From assembly GCA_965113315.1 (NCBI GenBank), contig OZ220373.1: a stretch of DNA of 64,000 bases; one strand, 5' to 3'. How positions within the stretch are numbered: position 1 is the first letter of the stretch; every line of letters starts with the position of its first letter. Shown here one piece after another: positions 13,216-25,249 of this stretch. The translations under genes and the position numbers were made by a program. The notes beneath the pieces are model-generated. The model did not search any database, was not told the origin of the DNA, and was given only the letters and a program-made list of their open reading frames with translations. Source of the stretch: Podarcis vaucheri (Eukaryota).

Positions 13216-14339
13216 TAAAACACTGTTTGCCTGTTGTATATTATTTGTAAGCTCAAGCCATCGTTAGGCATGGTGCCTGAATTGAGCCATTGGGCTGGTT
13301 CAAACATAATCATCTCAATGCAATAATCCCTGATAGGAACAATGAAGATGATGTGCAAGGGAGGAGCAAAGGGAAACACTAATTCTTAATAAGCCATGAT
13401 TTATTAAGCCACACAGTTTACTGGCCAAGTGTCAAATTTTGCAGCAGTTTTGAAAGCACTGTGAAAAAGTTGACAAGCAGGAGTCACATATCCACTGTTG
13501 AAAGACAAAGACGACACTTAAAAGCTCTCTGAATGTCTTCCCCTCACAAAAGTGAAGCACATTATGATCCTATTAATTACTATCTTTCCATGCACTTTTA
13601 GATGTGGCCAGGATCCCTATATATGTAATCTTGTTTTTGCGCATGAGATGAGATACAGGCTTAAGCCTTAGCCAAGGACTATTAGAGCCAGCTTTCTCCT
13701 GCACAACTAGGGAAAGAACACTGTATTGCCACATTCTTTTTAAAAATTTTGCTTCAAAGACCACTCGCAAGTTTCTTCAGACTCCCTGCACTAAGTTAAA
13801 ACCACCCGAGATGAAACTGCACCAAATGATATTTTCCAAAGTTTTATAACTGTACTGAGAATAAGGATAAGACTCCTATTACTATGTACCCAAGATACTG
13901 TTAGTTCATAAAAGAGCGAATGAACATCAGCTTTTTAATGGCTTAAATTTCATAATGTAAGCCTTATGGTACAACTTGCATTGTTAAATGCCAACAATAG
14001 TTCTGCATAATTAAAAAGCATTTTATTGGTGAATTTAACATCTATACCAGAAAAAACAAACCAAATATGTTCCAAGTAGCCAAATTATACAACACGAGGA
14101 AACAAGAATTTGACATTAAATACTACCAGGCTTCAAGTTAATAGCTGAAAAACATAGCGTTGCTTGCAGAGGGTTGAAGCGGAGTCACTCAAAGGGCCAG
14201 CTGAATTGAACCTTTCTATCCACTGCAGTCACACATCATAAAATGTCACCTCAGCAGAACTTTCTATTCCTAACCCTCGTAATATTGATTATTTAAGATT
14301 TGTGTCGTACTCTAAAAAGATCTGAATTAGGAGAGGCAG

Positions 14340-14490
14340 CACAAGCTTGAATCCTGGCAATACCCCTACTGTGGGTAAGTAGTTTCTGTGCCTGAGAAAT
14401 TGGTCAATTGCCTGCCCTGGGTGGGGTTGCAACCCCTCTGAACAAGCAGCTTCGCAGTTTGAGGGTCCTTTCTGGATCCAGCTCTGTCAA
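14340..14490 (+). mobile_element. Old L2 LINE ORF2 fragment
   Basis: AAGCTTGAATCCTGGCAA...GGGGTTGCAACCCCTCTGAA...CGCAGTTTG...CTGGATCC resembles the KLNPDKTE...GVTVPLKDQVRSLGVILD region of 36342-37145. Confidence 0.55.
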
Positions 14491-15176
14491 CTCTGTATTA
14501 CAAAAGTTTTTTCCAAATTTGGCAATACAATCTGAATAATATTTGATTGGAGTTTTATGTCACCTTCTCTGCATCTCAGTGGAGAAATCATGAGTTAGGA
14601 GAAAGCCCTGAACGTTCATTATATCTGGCCAATATTTGATTCAGACACTGGTATAGGCAAACTGGTAGACTACAGATAAATGTAACCACAACATTCAAAT
14701 AAAAAAATAAAATTTAAATGACCCAATTTACCATGGGATCATTGCATCCATCACATGACAGCTTGCTTGTTTTGAACCACCGACTTAAAATGGTTATCGT
14801 GGATAGATCTGTCTACAGTTGAATGTACCTTCACCCACAGCAGCAAACTTAAACTCTACCAACCTATAACTCAAATTCTTGCCAATAATAACATGAGAAG
14901 CAATAGGTTTATAAAACTTAACCCTTACACATTTACATGGCATTCTGCTCCTGATAAATGCCAATCTTGCCTTTTAGAGGACAATCTACAGCCTATTCCT
15001 TCTCTGAGGTAGGTGTGCCCACTGATTGTTAACAGGCTTCTAGAAAAAATGCTTTAAATATTTATTTTATTTCTGGGCTGCATTTATATCCCACATATCA
15101 AAAAAAATACACCTGTAGGAGTTAAATCTTGTTCACTGACAACATGCTCATGCACACATACACAAACACTACTCAC

Positions 15177-15273
15177 CTGGCATTGATGCACATCAACTTC
15201 TAAAAATGTCGCTTGGGGATATTTATTGCTCAGAGCGTTGAAAGCAGGGGCTATCCTTAAACATGGGCCACAT
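15177..15273 (-). CDS. TXNL1: TXNL1 coding exon 2 (CGPC active site)
   Basis: ctgacag|A TGT GGC CCA TGT...TGC CAG|gtgagt; 97 nt; CGPCLRIAPAFNALSNKYPQATFLEVDVHQCQ. Confidence 0.97.
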
Positions 15274-15620
15274 CTGTCAGGGGGAAGAAAAGGACAACAC
15301 ACATCAGCACGTCCACTTAAATAACTGCAGCCCCCTTGGGATTCACATGGTAAAGTAGGCTAAAGCTAAGGATAACAGAGATTGTGTGGCTTGTACTGAG
15401 AACAGCAACCCTCACACTGCCATCTCTTCTTCCTTCCAGTAGTGTGAAGTGAGATCCATCAAGCTCTGCTGAAGGAAAGTGGGGTGTAAAATAAACCACC
15501 ATTATGCACCTAGCCTTCTCTCCCATTTTCTTTGGCTGCTGATAGCAGCATTGTAAGTTTCATTGCCACCCTAAGTCACAACATGTGTTTTAGCTTGCTA
15601 GATGTTACAGGGAAGGAGAT

Positions 15621-15872
15621 TAGGGCTGGGGGATATCTGGTTTTCAAGTCTGTGATATATCACCAGCTAAACATTGCGATATACTGATATATTACAACAT
15701 CTGAAATAAGGATGGAGCTATGTAGAGGCATTGGCTGGCTTCACAGTTTTCCCCACATTGTGATTTTTGCATAGCATACACACACACATATCATGATTTG
15801 TGCTATATTGCAAAGTCAAAAATTATGAAACTGATACCACGATATGGACTATTGCTATATTGCCCAGCCCTA
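15621..15872. mobile_element. hAT MITE
   Basis: TIR TAGGGCTGGG.../...CCCAGCCCTA; 8-bp TSD AAGGAGAT/GAGGAGAT. Confidence 0.85.
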
Positions 15873-17974
15873 GAGGAGATGCAGGGCTTCTGCTTTTGGC
15901 ACTGGCTGCATGCAATCTCCAAAACATCTAGCTTCAGACCAAGGAGATTGATATCCGACACTTTTTCAAGTCAACTTGACGACATCATCATTTCTCAGCA
16001 AAATGCATAATGAAAGCATACAGGTTAGCCTATGTAAAGCAAAATCCTTTTATACTCAATTGCAATCCCACAGCGATCGCCCTTTCGTAGAAAACCGTCT
16101 CGAAGCTTGGCATTAGAAACACATCTCATAATTTGTGTACTCCACAGTGCTCAGGGACTATAGGTAACAAGAAAACCATGAGAACTTAATGGTTCTCATA
16201 AAGAATACTCCCCAAGCTGTAAGTAAACATCCAGCTTTCTCGTGATGTAATAATTCTTGCTTATTAAAATATATTGCTCTCTGGAGAGTACAACACAGCA
16301 CCTTTTGCTTCATTCCAAGACTTACAAAAGCAAGCATAGGAAAGGAGTTGTGACAATTTGCATCTTCTCTCTCACACACTCCACATGCGAATATTTCTGT
16401 GGCCCACTTTGCACGCACACCAACACAGCATCTCTGATTTATGATTATTTAATATTTCTCTTCATGTTGGGTTCACATTTCCAGTGTCAAGGAGCCACAG
16501 ATTTTGGCTCCACTTAACTGAGCAATCCATTATTTGTGAATGGCCCCAATTCCCTCCCTCTCCTCCCAAAGTCATTCAATTTGCACAGAGAATTCAGCGG
16601 GAGGGAAGAGTGGATAGCTCATCTTCCGCCCTGCTTCAGAGGAAAGCAGAAAGAGTGTGAAAGACTTGTATTGCTTCTGGTCTCCCCAGACCCTAATCAA
16701 TACGTTGATAACTCAAGAGTAAGGGAAATTATTTTTATGCTGGCAGCTGCCAAGGTGGGGGATCCATACACACCATTCCAATATTTTATGTTCCTACTTC
16801 ACATTCCTGAATACAAACAACTTTGCAGAGCCATGCACCTGGCTTAAAAAAAGAAAAATCGTGATTTCCCCCTCCCCTGAAGTCAGCAAAGAAATATGAC
16901 TATCTTCTAATCTATCCATTACAAGGAGGGAGAAAGGTAAAAGTAGTGCAAGAAAAACATCACGAGCAGCTTCAATAATTAGACAAGAACACAATTTTCT
17001 TTGTTTATTGCTTAATCAACTTTGAATCTTCTCTTCATCTATTCACCCAGTATAGTTACAGACTATGTAAAAATACAGCAATAGTAAAAATACATAGTCA
17101 TAACGCTAAAGATGAAATCATTCATCAACAAAGCATCTCAGCAAAATGCACAATTACACTGACCTGGAAATACCTCAGTCTGTCCCAAAGGCCTCTTATC
17201 AAACTGACCGGCATGGGAAGAGAATTCTATGGAAAACACAGCTTGAGCAAAATATGTTCTCCCATCAGCAGAAAAAGCAATACAGCACCATCACTTCTCA
17301 TTGCTCCCCCGCCTTTCATTCCTTATTTACAATGACTTTCTCTCTGCTCAAGTATCCAAATCATTATTTGGGAAAGGGGCAATTTGGTTACAACTAGCAC
17401 TTACGTCTGTGTTTAAAGCTTATTGCTAGCAGGATTAGAGAATTTCAATTACCCCAAACTACTAGGTCTCTCTACTATACAGACCTCTGTAGGTCAGGAT
17501 AATAAGCTTAGTCATTTTCAGTATGTTTGTCAACAGTTTCTCTGCCAGTGGATGACACCAATGATGTCCTACTGATTTTCCACTGTAAAAGCTGACTGCA
17601 GAGAAAATGACTTTGCTACAGAAAATTACCAATCACAACAGTTCAATACTGCAATAGGGCATAACCAAAGAGACAGCTCTGAAAACTTCACATCAGTTAA
17701 TAAGGGGATTTAGGACAAATTCTCTATCTTTACAGGGCTTGATCACAATTCTGGCTTCTACCTCTAGACCTTATTGTAGGCAAGGCAGAAGTATTCTGTG
17801 AGCTGGCACTTATTTACATAGTGGAATCAGGGAGGACAGAACTATACTGATTAAAATGGAAATCTATTCCTGTAGTCACAACAGAATGGGTCCCAGTGAA
17901 AAACAAGATAGCATATTTCAGTGGAGGGTTAGACATCTGACAAAAAAAAAAAGTTAGCTGAAGGCAACTCTGCA

Positions 17975-18092
17975 TTGGGAAATTTTAAATGTCTGATGTT
18001 TTACAATTTCTCGTGTGCTGTAAGCCACCTAGAGTGGCTGGGGAAACCCAACCAGACAGGCAGGGTATAAATAATAAATTGTTATTGTTATT
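17975..18092 (+). mobile_element. L2 LINE 3' end
   Basis: AAGCCACCTAGAGTGGCTGGGGAAACCCA...GGGTATAAATAATAAATT, same 3' UTR as 36237-36340. Confidence 0.75.
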
Positions 18093-19280
18093 TGACCAGA
18101 CAATCACCACCGAATAATGGCCAAGTACTTTAATACTGTTAACTATTATGAAGGCCAAGGTATTATGATGTAGCTAACATAAGCAACTATCAAGAGATAC
18201 AAAAGTTCATTTTGGATCTTGTTAACGACCCCAAGGGAGAGCCTCCATGAGAAATCATCAAAAATTGTCACACAAGACACCATGGCTATGGTAGGGAGAA
18301 AGGGCAATCCTTCCTCCATACCTTCACTATCAGAGGATATGATGATTCAGCGAAGGAAGCTGGGTACCACCATCTTCTTGGCTCCTTACAAAATCTGACT
18401 GTGGCCCAATATCGTCAAATAGCAGGTGACCATTTCACTAGTAGCTCTATCCTATTTTCATTTAAAAACTGATTAGAAGCCAACAGATACCTCCAATAAT
18501 TTCAAGATGAAATATGAGTGTAAATGGCGCCACAAAATAATATTTCTGCAAGTCCAATCAAAATCTAGTGAATATAAAAAAGGACCAGCACGAGGCAAAT
18601 TCAGACCCTAGCTACCAGTTTAGCCATCCTTTCAGTCCACCTTACCAATTTTTAAAACTGAAAGAATTAGCTCTCTCACATAGCCAATAATGCTCAGCTA
18701 ACCAGTACTATTGCTGGTTAGCTTGTTCTCATGCAACATTACAAAAGCTGGTACCAAATGAGTTCTGATCAGGTTCAATCCCGGTTAAGATTAGGTGCAA
18801 GCACGTGGCACCTTACAACTTTCCAAAACTTATTACAGGGCTACCATCCGGCTCTTTAGCTGTTCAGAAATACATCCAGTACCAGTGTCAGTAGACATAC
18901 TAGTTGTGATATTATTTCTTCAGGTCCTACTGAAGTTGCCCCACCCTGACTGATCCACCCAGTACTACCTGCTATTCCCTTCTGCCTGTTACACAGACTG
19001 CCAGCAAATGAACAAACATTAAATGAATAGCTAGAAATCTGCAACCCAACAGTTGGTTGGCTGGTTTAAATAAATAAGTGAAGCTTTCTCTAACTCACAC
19101 ACATCAATGCTGATTGGCTCTAGTTGCAACAATAGCAGAAACCACAACTGCCCAAATTGCCATGACAAGGTCTAGAGTGGGCCTAGCAAACCAATTGCAC
19201 ATATGCTCCTTCCTTGTAACGCACAGTAGATCCCACTTCTGTTGATGGGTCTCAGGTGATGTTTTGTTTCAGGTCCTTTA

Positions 19281-19597
19281 AAAGGCAAAGGTAAAGGGAC
19301 CCCTGACTGTTGGGTCCAGTCGTAGTCAACTCTGGGGTTTCGGCACTCACCTCGCTTTACTGGCCGTGGGAGCCGGCGTACAGCTTCCGGGTCATGTGGC
19401 CAGCATGACTAAGCTGCTTCTGGCAAACCAGAGCAGCACACGGAAACGCTGTTTACCTTCCCGCCAGAGCGGTACCTATTTATCTACTTGCACTTTATGC
19501 TTTTGGAGCGTACCCTGTTGTGGGGATTCGAACTGCTGACCTTCTGATCGGCAAGCACTAGGATCTGTGGTTTAACCCACAGCGCCACCCGCTTCCT
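19281..19597 (-). mobile_element. Sauria SINE with internal deletion
   Basis: AAAGGTAAAGGGACCCCTGAC tail; head ...AACCCACAGCGCCACCCGC. Confidence 0.92.
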
Positions 19598-22156
19598 TTA
19601 CAGTGCCTTTATTCAACCCTATGTCTGCAACATTCCTTTTTTCCTTAGGACCATACTTGTTTGAGCTCCCTTTTCACTTTGTTTTCCCATGTCAAATAAC
19701 ATTTCCCAGACTACCCTGTGTGAGGTTATAATCCCAACCAAACTGCCAACTTTGGACTGTGTACTCTTCTATACCATCACACCAACTTAATGAATCAGAT
19801 CTATTCAAGTGTCCTATTTCTAATCGCCAAACTGTAGTTTAGCAACTGGGAACTCCTACAAACACACATGGTCCTCCTCCACCCTTGTGCATATATACTC
19901 CTTATTTCTCCACTTTCGAAGTTAGTGATAACTATGGTTTACCATGATGCGTACTGCAATTTTCTCTCAAACCAGAGTATGAATCCAGGATTTCACCTTC
20001 AGAATATCTCCTACTAACTGCAAAAGGAGAATTCCTTTCCAAAGCAGGAAGTACAGCAATTAGTCACAGGATATCACTGAAACCCAAATTAGGGTGTGGG
20101 TTTAGTTCCCAGAGAAAGACGAAGTTGTAGTAACAAATCTGGGGAATGATGATGACTCTACAGAGAAACAACAGCTCAGGCTATAACTCTGAAGCAGAGC
20201 CCAGCAGATGTAAAGATATCATTTTGTGAATATCCTGTCACCCAAAAGCACTGTTTAGCCCTCCCTCTTGCAGGCTTAAGCAAACCAGAAGGTCTTTTTA
20301 AAAATTCTGCCAAGTCTTTGTACTGATACTATTGCTGGACCCCTAGAGATTGTTTTGTCTGCTTTATGGTGTTTGTTCAATGGCTGCATTTTTATTGCTA
20401 TAGGGCTTGCCCTAAAAGGCAGAGTAAATAAAACAATGACAGTGCATGCCATTTCAACTATGTGCTTATTGGGGTAGGCAGCTTTGAAAACCTGTTCCCT
20501 CTCCCTTCATCCCCAACTGCTCCCTATCTGGGTCATGCCACAAAACTGTGGTTTTGCACAGGAAATTACATGCTGCTTACTTGTTGTCACACAACTTGGC
20601 TGTGATGGTGGCAAGCTTCCTACACGTGCATGTGCTTGGAACACATGAGCTAACAGTAACTACGTAAAGGCAGGCTGCACACAGAAATTCTGTAATGTGT
20701 GAAGTAGCCTTGAAAAGGGTTCAAGTTGTGAGGACTATCCCACAGAACTCTCACCAGTTGACGCTGGCATTCTGAACACCATATTCAATAGGGCTCCTTC
20801 CTGCTTCTGAACCTGTTGCTTCATTATGTTCTTTTAGAAAGTGAATTAAAAATTAAAGAAGTGTGATAATTGGCGAGACTAGTGAAATCAGACCCACACA
20901 AAAATCAGAATATATCAATGGCTTCTTGTTCACTTCAGATCTTGTCAGGAAAGCAGGCAAGAGAGAACTGTCCTCCCAATATATGGTCAACAGGAGAACT
21001 AGCAATGAACTTGTTTGCAGTGAGACTTCTGGAAATAAAATGAATTACTGGACTGAACATGCACTGAAAGGCACTTTGAGCCTTAATGTTAAAACTATGT
21101 TATGCCGCTCCCAGCCACTATTTCGCACTTAGCTCCAGTTGGTGCACCTCCAGGGTCTAGTCACAAAACCAAACAGCGCAAACAACAACCCTGAAGTACA
21201 TCTGCCCCTACCTCAAGATCTATTCTCACAGTTTGTAATGGACAATATGCTTTCTCTACCGCCACACCCTCCTGCTGCAACTTTGTGACCCACTTACCTA
21301 CGAGTAAGTCCCACTGACCTGAATAGGCCTTACTTATATGATTGTGTGCTTAGGAAAAGAAATAATTTGCTATGCAAAGAAAAAGGAACCATATACAGTA
21401 TATAGCCTCAGACAATTTTGCTTCAGATCCCAGGGGGGAGGCATGTTAGCTGCCTAAGTCACTGAATTCATTACAACTGGTTAACATATTTGCCTTTTAA
21501 ATAATATGAATGAGCAAGCTTAGAAAGTCAAATTAATTGTTATTTATTTCAGTGTTTTAACTTTTGCATGTTGTTATAAAATAATTCCCTGGGTTTTAGC
21601 GTCTTATCTTTCTTGTAAACTGCTTTGAAATTTTGTTTTTCAATCAAGCTGTGTATACATACCTTACGAAACAAATAAAACAATTACATGCCTACACATT
21701 TATTTGTATGCCTCCATCAAACTATGCTCAAGGCGGCTTAAAACGAATAAAATACATAGCTACAACGTAGCAAAAGTAGCCAGAAACAAAAAAGTATGTT
21801 GGGTTTTTTTTAAAATGCGAAACCGAACCGAGTAATTTCCTACAGGAATCGCAGGGAAACCTAAAATAAAGCTACAGAAAGCCAGCAGCAGCAGCAACCC
21901 CCCCCAAAAAAAATCCAAATAACATCCCATAAACAGGCACAACCTCGGAGCGATACAGCTCTGCGTTAAACTAAAACCTGAATGTGGTGATACAATTGGG
22001 ATAACGCCTTTCCCCTCCTCGGGGACCTTTGTGAGGGACCGAGCGGGGGAGGAGGATGAGGAGAGCCTCCTTTCCTTCAGAGAGGGAGTCGTACACGTGT
22101 GTGTGTCCGCTCGTGTGAACGCGCGAAGGGTCCCCGAAGGGGCCCTGCCTACTCAC

Positions 22157-22254
22157 CCCCTCATAGTGAACTTGGCCACGACTAGCCGGGAGCCGGCGGC
22201 GCTGAGCTCGCTCTGGAAGTCCGCGTCGTTGGCGATCACCTTCACCCCGACCAT
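22157..22254 (-). CDS. TXNL1: TXNL1 coding exon 1
   Basis: gccgccaggATGG start at 22254; MVGVKVIANDADFQSELSAAGSRLVVAKFTMRG; donor GG|gtgagt; 98 nt. Confidence 0.97.
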
Positions 22255-23030
22255 CCTGGCGGCGGCAGCAACACGCCCGGTAAGTGCAAAGTCACCGCGG
22301 GAAGAAAAGGAGCGCGGGCGGGGCGGGGCGAGAGGCTGGCCGGCCGCGCCCAGCATGCACCGCTCCCGCGCAGGCGCACACGGCCCCGGCCATCCCTTTC
22401 TTCCGCCTTCCTTCTCCTCCTCTCAGGCACCCTCGGCTGAGAGTTCATCCAGGTTCACGCGCCTAGGGAGAGGGGAGGGGTCAGCGGCTCACACTTCCGG
22501 TTGAAAGACTTAACCAACGGGCGAAAGCCGCCATTGGTCGCGATTCTCTGTTGGGCGCTCTAGGCGATGTCTCGATGCTGAACTCCACATCCACCCTTAA
22601 GGCTCCGCTCACAAATCCATGTTGGGCGCTCTAGGCTTCGACGACTCTATGGTGTAAACCTTCCCCTCTCTCTCCCCTCCCCCCTTACAAACGCACACGA
22701 CGCTGCTTCGTCTTTTGCACTGGGGATAACAAAAAGAGTTCGGGTTTGCGCCGGTAGTAGTGCTTGCGGCGGTGGGAGACTTTTGTTGTGGTTCCACCGC
22801 TATGGGTTTACCCGCTTGACTCCGCCGGCGACATCTTGGAGAAGGGCAAAGTGCGACCTCCGGCTTCGGGGAGGAGCGCTATTGGTTGGCAAGCCTTGTC
22901 GTTTCAGCTTGGTGACCTTTGCGGGCGGAAGTGATTGGCTTTTCAGGGCAGCCGTCATAGTTCAGGGCTCGCGGAAGTGGGGGAAGCATGGGCGGCTGCA
23001 TTGGTTCCGGTTCTGTGCATACCCGGCACC
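22255..23030 (-). promoter_or_regulatory. TXNL1 CpG-island promoter and 5' UTR
   Basis: CpG-rich. GC boxes about 22315-22330; TCT-like pyrimidine tract (minus, 22299-22312); ZNF143/Staf-type CCCAGCATGCACCGC 22349-22363; ETS motifs 22494, 22926, 22971; minus-strand CCAAT at 22533, 22881, 22934, 23000. Confidence 0.8.
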
Positions 23031-23034
23031 CTCC

Positions 23035-23317
23035 TGTTATGTCCTGAGCTGAATAGGATCCAAAATAAAGCAGTCTGATTGGTCCTAGAACAATGCAGCA
23101 GTATGATTGGTCCGCAGGAGCCACCCAATCCAGCTCCAGGTGGAAGTGAATCCACAACCTGATTGGCCTACAGGAGAATCCTGGAATTAGCCAATCACGT
23201 GCGGCCCATTGTGTAAATAATGTATATAATGCAGATATTTTGGGGGAACATTCATTTCTTGCTACTATGAGCTGAATAAAGAGCATGAAATCCACACTTG
23301 ACTCCGAGTATATTTCA
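23035..23317 (+). mobile_element. Solo LTR (283 bp)
   Basis: TG...CA termini; perfect 5-bp TSD CCTCC (23030-23034, 23318-23322); five CCAAT/ATTGG boxes, CACGTG 23196, TATATAA 23223, AATAAA 23275. Confidence 0.88.
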
Positions 23318-23856
23318 CCTCCCATCCCAAAAATTATGAACTAGAATCGTATAATTTGCAGAGTTGGAAGGGTAATCCAGTCCAACTGCCTACAGCGTAG
23401 GGATAGGCTGCTGGCCAAATCGGGGGTTTTATGGATCTAACTGATTCACTAGCATAGCCTTGCAGAGTTGTGTGTTGTTGTGCGACATTTTTTTTGTTTT
23501 TAAATCTTTGCTTCTTGAGGTCATCCAAAGTAAATGCACATAGGGTTGCAATGACACCAAGGTCCCACTGAAATCTATGGGCCAAGGCAGTTGTAATTGA
23601 CTTAAGCGCCATTCATTCCAGTGAGCCACCCACTCCTGCCGAACATTTGTGGGGTTAGGAGTGCGACCACCTCAAAAACTTCTGCAGACAGTAGAGAAAG
23701 TGTGACCTCCCTATAGCATCACGAACACAAATCATTATGAACGCAAAATAAAGTGGAACACCTGGAGAGGCCACAAACCTATGCATCACTTAGATGTCCT
23801 ACTGAACTTGAACAGAGCTGATTACCACTTAACTGCAGTCCTGTATTTCAGGTCTT

Positions 23857-23890
<34 letters not shown>

Positions 23891-24011
23891 TACCAAGTTA
23901 GGAATCCTCTCAAAATACATGTATTTGAAAGGATGTGTGAAATGTCCTGTATTTAAGGTCTGGGTAGCCAAGCACAGACATGTGGTGTCTGCATGCATGT
24001 GTGTGTCTGTG

Positions 24012-24162
24012 CATGGGCATAGCCGGGGGGGGGGGGGCAGGTAGCTGCAGCTCTTCCCCCCAAACAATAATAATAAAAAATACATAGCAAACGGAGGTTC
24101 TGCCCTCCCCCCCCCAACAAAAGGACTGCCCCTTCCTAACAAAAATCCTGGCTATGCCCACG
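24012..24162. mobile_element. GC-rich hAT-type MITE
   Basis: TIR CATGGGCATAGCC.../...GGCTATGCCCACG; degenerate 8-bp TSD (6/8). Confidence 0.65.
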
Positions 24163-24624
24163 TGTGTGAGAGAGGAATTCCACAGGGGCTGTCCTGTTAA
24201 TCTGCAATAGATTGTAATGAATTGCTTTGAAGTCACTTCAGCAGCAGATGAAAAAAAAAGCGCAACACGATGACTATGTACATACGCAATAGACAATCTT
24301 TATAGAATTCCTTCAAACCATAACAGGTACAAAATGAAATCTTTAGTCTCAAAGTCTCTGAAGCAAGGTACCAGACTTTATACGATGAAAGATAAGCTGT
24401 GAAGCTTTGTGTATTCAGCAAATATGTCCAACACTGAAGAGTGATTCCGGATATTGACTACTGTTTCGTAGAATTCTTCGTCAACGTGGTGGGAGGATAT
24501 AGAATTGCTTCATAAACCCATCTTATTTCGAATGAATGTATGTAAATGAAAATATCAAACGCTGTGGAACAGTGCTCATGTAATAATGTAGTCACTGCAG
24601 TACATTTGGCACAAGCAGAGACCA

Positions 24625-24685
24625 ATTCTTAGGGGGCTGGACTAGAGGACCCTCAGGGTCCCTTTCCAGCTCTCCAATTCTATGA
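24625..24685 (+). mobile_element. CR1 3' terminal fragment
   Basis: GGGGGCTGGACTAGAGGACCCTCAGGGTCCCTTTCCAGCTCTCCAATTCTATGA. Confidence 0.6.
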
Positions 24686-24829
24686 CTGGGGTGGGGTGGG
24701 GGAGGTTATTGTTTTTGTTAGTTTTGCAAATGGGGGGAAAAGGCGACAGATACATTTAATAAAAAATGATGATGATAAGGCTGCAACACTTCGCAGGTTT
24801 ACCTGGGCAGGAGGAAGAATAAAGCCCCC

Positions 24830-25249
24830 GACTGAGCGCCTTTTGCAACAAAACTAGCACACCTCCTGCCTGATTTGCACGCATTTCCCCCCATGCATCC
24901 CTCCTGCTGCTTTAAACCCCGCACCCTCTGCACTCCCCGCGCAGCGCCAGGCGAGGGCCGCAGGGAAGCGCGCCGGGGGCCGGGTCGCTGCTCCGTCTCC
25001 CGGGCAACGAGGCCTCCCCCTCCCTCCCTTCCTTCTGCCGCCAAGCGCCGCCCGGGCCTTTTGCGACACTTGCAGCGGGAGTCGCGGCAGCTGGAGGAGC
25101 CCGTCAGCTGATTTCCAGCGCCAGGCGTTGAGGCAGAGAGAGGGAGAGATAGAAGGAGGGCGAGGGGCGGCAGGCGAGCCCGGAGGAAGGTGGGGGGCAA
25201 GCGGGGAGCCCCTTCTGCCGGCGGAGAGGCGGCCCCCGCCCACACCCAG
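24830..25249 (+). promoter_or_regulatory. WDR7: WDR7 CpG-island promoter and probable non-coding exon 1
   Basis: CpG island with no ATG in 25000-25249, ending at strong donor CAG|gtaggt (25249/25250). The start codon lies in the next exon. TSS cannot be determined from sequence. Confidence 0.7.

Noticed and set aside
20146-20192. C-box ATGATGA and D-box CTGA pair
   Set aside because: Too short for a C/D snoRNA, no convincing terminal stem, and antisense to the host gene.
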